Origin: Elusimicrobiaceae bacterium
GTDB taxonomy: Bacteria; Elusimicrobiota; Elusimicrobia; Elusimicrobiales; Elusimicrobiaceae
Length of the DNA stretch: 64,000 nucleotides
Direction: 5' to 3'
Assembly (NCBI GenBank): GCA_016283355.1
Contig: JAEEMS010000026.1
Span: forward strand, 28,947 to 92,946
Position numbers and translations under genes: made by a program. A model generated the notes under the pieces. The model worked only from the letters and a program-made list of their open reading frames with translations. It was not told the origin of the DNA and ran no database searches. Shown here piece by piece: positions 59,967 to 64,000 of this stretch (positions are counted from its first letter, which is position 1; each line of letters opens with the position of its first letter).

Positions 59967-60942
59967 ATTTAATAAAATGTATCTTATTTAACGGCCAATG
60001 GACAAACCACGCTTTTCCTTTTATATTCTCCCGAGGGACCGGTCCCCAAAAACGGGAATCGCAAGATTCATCCCGGTTATCCCCCATTACAAAATAAGAA
60101 TTCTCCGGCACTACAACCGGTCCAAAAGAATCCCGTAATTCAAACCCGGGGATATAGTTATCCAGCAGATGTTGCTCCCAAAGGGTTTGATATATATCTT
60201 CTTCCCCTTCTGCTATTTCCGCCTGTATACGTTCCACCGGTTGATATACTTCATAAGGTTGCTGTGGCACCTGTTCTCCGTTTAACCATAAACGGCCTTC
60301 CTTGATTTGTACGGTATCTCCCGGCAAAGCCACAACTCTTTTTACAAAATCTCTTCCATATTGTGTTTCCGGGCCGCAATTAAGTTGTTCTCTGGAAACG
60401 GCTGGGAACTTTAAAATTACAACATCTCCTTTTTGAATTTCTTTAAACTGTCCAAATCGGATATTTGTAAAGGGAACACGGAAACCATAAACTGCCTTGT
60501 TCACAAACAAATGGTCTCCCTCTACTAACGTATATCTCATAGAGGCCGATGGAATTTGAAAAGCTTGTATAAAAAAGAACATCACAATTGAAGCCACAAA
60601 ACCAGCAAAATAGACCGTATTGCTCCAATCTAAATCGCTCTTAGTAATTTTTTCTTGCTTTGCTTTATCTGCTTTTTTAGCGCAATAAAATCCATATACG
60701 GCTATACCAAAAATTAACACTTCTAGCGGCAATAATACTCCCCATTGTGTAGGGACGCTTTCCCCCCCATTTTTTACAAATAAGAACATATACGCCGCTG
60801 CCGAAAGGATCAGAAAGAGAAAAAGGGCATGCCACACGCCAAAATAAGCGCCGGACGTGATTTTACCAAGGCGTTGCAGGCGACGTGTGACCCATGTAAA
60901 AATATACATAATACAAGCAATTATAAATAGTCGTAGTTCCAT
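59965..60942 (-). CDS. lepB: signal peptidase I
   Basis: IPSASM (catalytic Ser), GDHLFVNK, FVKRVVALPGD (catalytic Lys), GDNRDESCDSRFWG. Confidence 0.95.
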   Translation of the reverse strand: MELRLFIIACIMYIFTWVTRRLQRLGKITSGAYFGVWHALFLFLILSAAAYMFLFVKNGGESVPTQWGVLLPLEVLIFGIAVYGFYCAKKADKAKQEKITKSDLDWSNTVYFAGFVASIVMFFFIQAFQIPSASMRYTLVEGDHLFVNKAVYGFRVPFTNIRFGQFKEIQKGDVVILKFPAVSREQLNCGPETQYGRDFVKRVVALPGDTVQIKEGRLWLNGEQVPQQPYEVYQPVERIQAEIAEGEEDIYQTLWEQHLLDNYIPGFELRDSFGPVVVPENSYFVMGDNRDESCDSRFWGPVPRENIKGKAWFVHWPLNKIHFIK

Positions 60943-62055
60943 TTAGTTTAAAGTTTTCACGTGAAAACTTTCCTCCATTATTTTTTGATATAACAGCTGA
61001 TGTTCTTCAATACTATCTTTTATTTTTTCTGCTTTTTTTAGCGAATCTTTCTGCATCTTCTCTCTTAACAACGGATTTTCCACACAGAAAGAAAGCGCTT
61101 TTACTAAATCTTTTTTACGGCGGGGGGGGACTAAACAACCGTTTTCTCCCGTCTTAACCCATAAAGGGATATCTCCCACAGCACTTGCTATACAGGGTTT
61201 TCCTGTTTTCAATGCTTCTAATAAAGCGATTGGCAGGGACTCTTCCACAGAAGGTAGTACAAATACATCGGCCATATTAAGCCAATCGTTGATGTTTTTT
61301 TGTTCTCCTGCCAATAAAACCGCTCTTTGTAGGTTCTTTTTTTGCACTAAATTTTCCAATTTTTGCCGTTCATACCCTTCCCCTACATACACCAACCGGG
61401 CAGAAGGATGCTTTTGAAAAACTTGAGAAAAAGCATCCAATAACAATTGGGGATTTTTCTCTTGAACCAAACGCGCGACGCTTAAAAAAATACAATTCTG
61501 CGTGGTATAACCAAAATGAGAACGCATTGTATTTCTAATAGATAAATCATTAAAAAATAAGTATTTTTCCGGTGAATTCTGAATCAAAAATACTTGTCCT
61601 TTTGGATATTTTTGTTTTTGTACCAAAAAATTAAAGGTATTTTTTGACTCAGCCAATGAGATAAAATCTTTATGTTTTAAAAAAGAATCCATTTTCCGTA
61701 AAAACAAATTCTTTTTTGATAAATCAAAATGCATCGTTGTAAGCAGTTTACAAGAAGATTTTTGACATGCCAACCGCGTGTATTCAATCGCTCTGAAAAG
61801 CATGGCATGAATAATATCCGGTTGGAAAGAGTTTATTTCTCTTTTTAACCGACCCACCGCTTGCAGACCAATCCCTTTCATATTAAAAGAAACGACCTGG
61901 GCCCCTGTTTCCTTTAATTGAACTCCGATCTTGCCCAATGGTTTTAGAGAAATTACTTTCACCTGTTGGTTTTTTGCCATGCAACGCACTAACCCCAATA
62001 GGGCTTTCTCCGCGCCACCTACATCTGTGGAAGTAATAACATACAAAATCTTCAT
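60943..62055 (-). CDS. glycosyltransferase family 4 (GT-B)
   Basis: GGAEKAL, VARLVQEKN, DVFVLPSVEESLPIALLEA, VGDIP. Confidence 0.92.
   Translation of the reverse strand: MKILYVITSTDVGGAEKALLGLVRCMAKNQQVKVISLKPLGKIGVQLKETGAQVVSFNMKGIGLQAVGRLKREINSFQPDIIHAMLFRAIEYTRLACQKSSCKLLTTMHFDLSKKNLFLRKMDSFLKHKDFISLAESKNTFNFLVQKQKYPKGQVFLIQNSPEKYLFFNDLSIRNTMRSHFGYTTQNCIFLSVARLVQEKNPQLLLDAFSQVFQKHPSARLVYVGEGYERQKLENLVQKKNLQRAVLLAGEQKNINDWLNMADVFVLPSVEESLPIALLEALKTGKPCIASAVGDIPLWVKTGENGCLVPPRRKKDLVKALSFCVENPLLREKMQKDSLKKAEKIKDSIEEHQLLYQKIMEESFHVKTLN
60951..60970. other. second parS-like perfect palindrome AAGTTTTCACGTGAAAACTT
   Basis: 20-bp perfect palindrome with the same 18-bp core as 59949-59966, inside the 3' end of the GT gene. 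Confidence 0.75.
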
Positions 62056-62067
62056 AAACTAAGTGGG

Positions 62068-62093
62068 AAAACCCCTCTAAAAAGAGGGGCTTT
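62068..62093 (-). terminator. hairpin between rubredoxin operon and GT gene
   Basis: cccctct/agagggg stem with A-run on the left. Confidence 0.6.
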
Positions 62094-62152
62094 GTTTTTA
62101 TTACTTAAAAATACTTAATTTTTAAGCATTTTTTTCAAAACACCCTTTTATT

Positions 62153-62314
62153 TTAATTTTCCGGCTTGAACTGGTCCTTTCCTACCCCACAAACAGGGCA
62201 GACCCAACCTTCTTTTACATCTTCCCATTTGGTACCGGCAGGGACACCGTTTTCCGGATCCCCTACAGCGGGGTCATACACATACCCGCAAACTTCACAT
62301 ACATATTTGATCAT
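62153..62314 (-). CDS. rub: rubredoxin (missed by ORF track, 53 aa)
   Basis: Manual translation [53 protein letters not shown]; two CxxC motifs; SD AAGGAG upstream. Confidence 0.97.
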   Translation of the reverse strand: MIKYVCEVCGYVYDPAVGDPENGVPAGTKWEDVKEGWVCPVCGVGKDQFKPEN

Positions 62315-62326
62315 ATCTTTTCTCCT

Positions 62327-62842
62327 TTAAGAAAGATGCGTTGCTCCTACCGGAGTTTTTCCTTTTAAAACATTGTGATAATATTCGTAAGTTAAAGGTT
62401 TCCCCGTAGGATTAAATACCTGTGTATTCGTTACTTGACCGATAAACAAGGTATGCGTCGGTAAGTCCACAGTGCGCAAAACCGAAGCTTCCACGGCGGA
62501 CAAGGTATGTTGTAACAGTAAGGGACAGCCGTTTTTCCCGACGGAAATTTCCATATTTTCAAATTTATGAAACGTTCTTCCGCTTCGAAAACCAAAACGT
62601 CCAATAAAAACAAACGGCGTTTGTTCCTCTAAAGCCATCACGGCAAACTTTCCGCTTGTTAGAAGGATTTCCCTCGTAAAACTGTTTTTATTGATACTTA
62701 CGGCAATCTGTGCCGGTTGTGCGGTTACCTGAAACGCCGTATTTACGATTAAAGCATTTTTGTGCTTTTCGTCGTACGACGACACCAAATAAAGCCCATA
62801 CGTCCAAGCACGCAAACCGTCTAAGCAAAGATTTTGTTCCAT
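62327..62842 (-). CDS. flavin reductase-like FMN-binding protein
   Basis: YGLYLVSS, QVTAQP, FGFRSGR, HTLFIG, PLTYEYYH. Confidence 0.88.
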   Translation of the reverse strand: MEQNLCLDGLRAWTYGLYLVSSYDEKHKNALIVNTAFQVTAQPAQIAVSINKNSFTREILLTSGKFAVMALEEQTPFVFIGRFGFRSGRTFHKFENMEISVGKNGCPLLLQHTLSAVEASVLRTVDLPTHTLFIGQVTNTQVFNPTGKPLTYEYYHNVLKGKTPVGATHLS

Positions 62843-62845
62843 AGT

Positions 62846-64000
62846 TTATTTTACTTTTTCTGCAAGCGTTTTGCTAATGGTAACACCTAATTCTCGACAA
62901 GATGATAATACGGATTCTTCCGGTACAAAAGAGGTTTTTAGCACGGGAGAAATAATTTCTACTCCCATTTCTTCAAGCGTTTTACTTAATCCGTCCAACG
63001 GAGCACCATTCCAACCGTACGAACCGAAAGCAGCCCCTATTAAATGTTTCTTACGCAACCCTTTTAGATAACACAAAACATCCGCCATCGACGGAAAAAA
63101 TTGGCTATTGAGCACCGGGGATCCCACCACAAGAGCCCCCGCATCTAGCAGTTCCGTAGCCACTGCACTACGGTCACACCCGTGCATACACATTACTTTT
63201 ACAGTTACACCGCCTTCTCGAATTCCGTCGGCGATAGCTGTAGCCATTTTTGCCGTACTACCCCACATTGTATCGTACACAACAACGGCTTTCCTCGTCG
63301 GCCGCTGGGCCGCCCATTTACCGTAGAGTTCCACAATTTTTGTGGGATCTTTACGCCAAATAAAACCGTGATCCGGAGCAATTATGTTGGGAGATAAACC
63401 CATTTGTTTTATTTGTCCCAAAAAGCGGGTAACAATGTCTGAATAAGGCAATATAATGTTGGCATAGTATTTTTCTGCCTCATATTTCCAAATGCGTTCT
63501 TCGTTCTCATCGTCAAATAACTGAGAAGTAGCATAATGCATCCCGAAAATATCATTTGAAAATAAGATGCGTTCTTTTTCCAAATACGTCACCATGCTGT
63601 CGGGCCAGTGGAGCATACGCGCTTCGATAAAGGTAAGGGTATCGTTGCCAATGGAAATTTCGTCGCCGTTTTTAACTGTCTTTAATTTTAAATCGCGGTG
63701 AAATTGTGCCGTAATGTGTTTCATCCCCATTGGGGATACATATACTTCCTCGGGCTTTATCTCCGCTACCGCACGGGGCAAAGCGCCCGAATGATCCATT
63801 TCCGAATGAAGAGAAACAATTATATGAATAGTGGCTGGATCTATTACACTGCGAATCCGTGCCATCATTTCTTCATAAAATTCTTTTTTAACTGTATCAA
63901 TTAAAACAGGTTTATCACCCAATACTAAATACGCATTGTACGTCGTACCACGGTGGGTAGAATAACCGTGAAAATCCCGAATATTCCAATCAATGGCTCC
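62846..64000 (-). CDS. fprA: FprA family A-type flavoprotein (flavodiiron protein), 5' end outside window
   Basis: Frame open to the edge (GAIDWNIRDFHGYSTHRGTTYNAYL...); HSEMDHSG, HWPDSM, IAPDHG, YDTMWGST flavodoxin domain. Confidence 0.95.
   Translation of the reverse strand, partial: GAIDWNIRDFHGYSTHRGTTYNAYLVLGDKPVLIDTVKKEFYEEMMARIRSVIDPATIHIIVSLHSEMDHSGALPRAVAEIKPEEVYVSPMGMKHITAQFHRDLKLKTVKNGDEISIGNDTLTFIEARMLHWPDSMVTYLEKERILFSNDIFGMHYATSQLFDDENEERIWKYEAEKYYANIILPYSDIVTRFLGQIKQMGLSPNIIAPDHGFIWRKDPTKIVELYGKWAAQRPTRKAVVVYDTMWGSTAKMATAIADGIREGGVTVKVMCMHGCDRSAVATELLDAGALVVGSPVLNSQFFPSMADVLCYLKGLRKKHLIGAAFGSYGWNGAPLDGLSKTLEEMGVEIISPVLKTSFVPEESVLSSCRELGVTISKTLAEKVK

Overview
A gene-dense, mostly housekeeping chromosomal segment from a diderm bacterium (KdsC-like phosphatase, beta-barrel OMP, AmpG/AnmK/MurQ recycling) that is probably an anaerobe (flavodiiron-rubredoxin operon). 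Gene content and style suggest an Elusimicrobiota-like gut organism, but that is inference only. The window holds about 72 CDS, including pheST, murCDE, uvrB, ligA, infC-rpmI-rplT, hrcA-grpE-dnaK, dapA-asd-dapB, serS and parAB, plus two tRNAs (Gly-GCC, Val-CAC) and many intrinsic terminators. I found no mobile element, CRISPR array, rRNA or recognisable defence island. Two genes are absent from the ORF track: a left-edge secreted protein (1-157, minus strand) and a rubredoxin (62153-62314). The FprA gene runs off the right edge. The most interesting unexplained signals are non-coding or uncharacterised: (1) two perfect palindromes GTTTTCACGTGAAAAC beside parAB that differ from canonical parS, with a ParB carrying Lys instead of the usual Arg in its recognition helix; (2) a recurring 16-bp imperfect palindrome TAGGTC-N4-RGCYYH upstream of three secreted-protein genes (two ankyrin-like) and murE-murD; (3) an ECF sigma/anti-sigma module followed by a secreted protein of three ~100-aa repeats that I do not recognise; (4) a structured infC-rpmI spacer; (5) a tandem CIRCE arrangement; (6) a dif-like 28-mer in an unexpected place. 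Nothing here was verified by database search.
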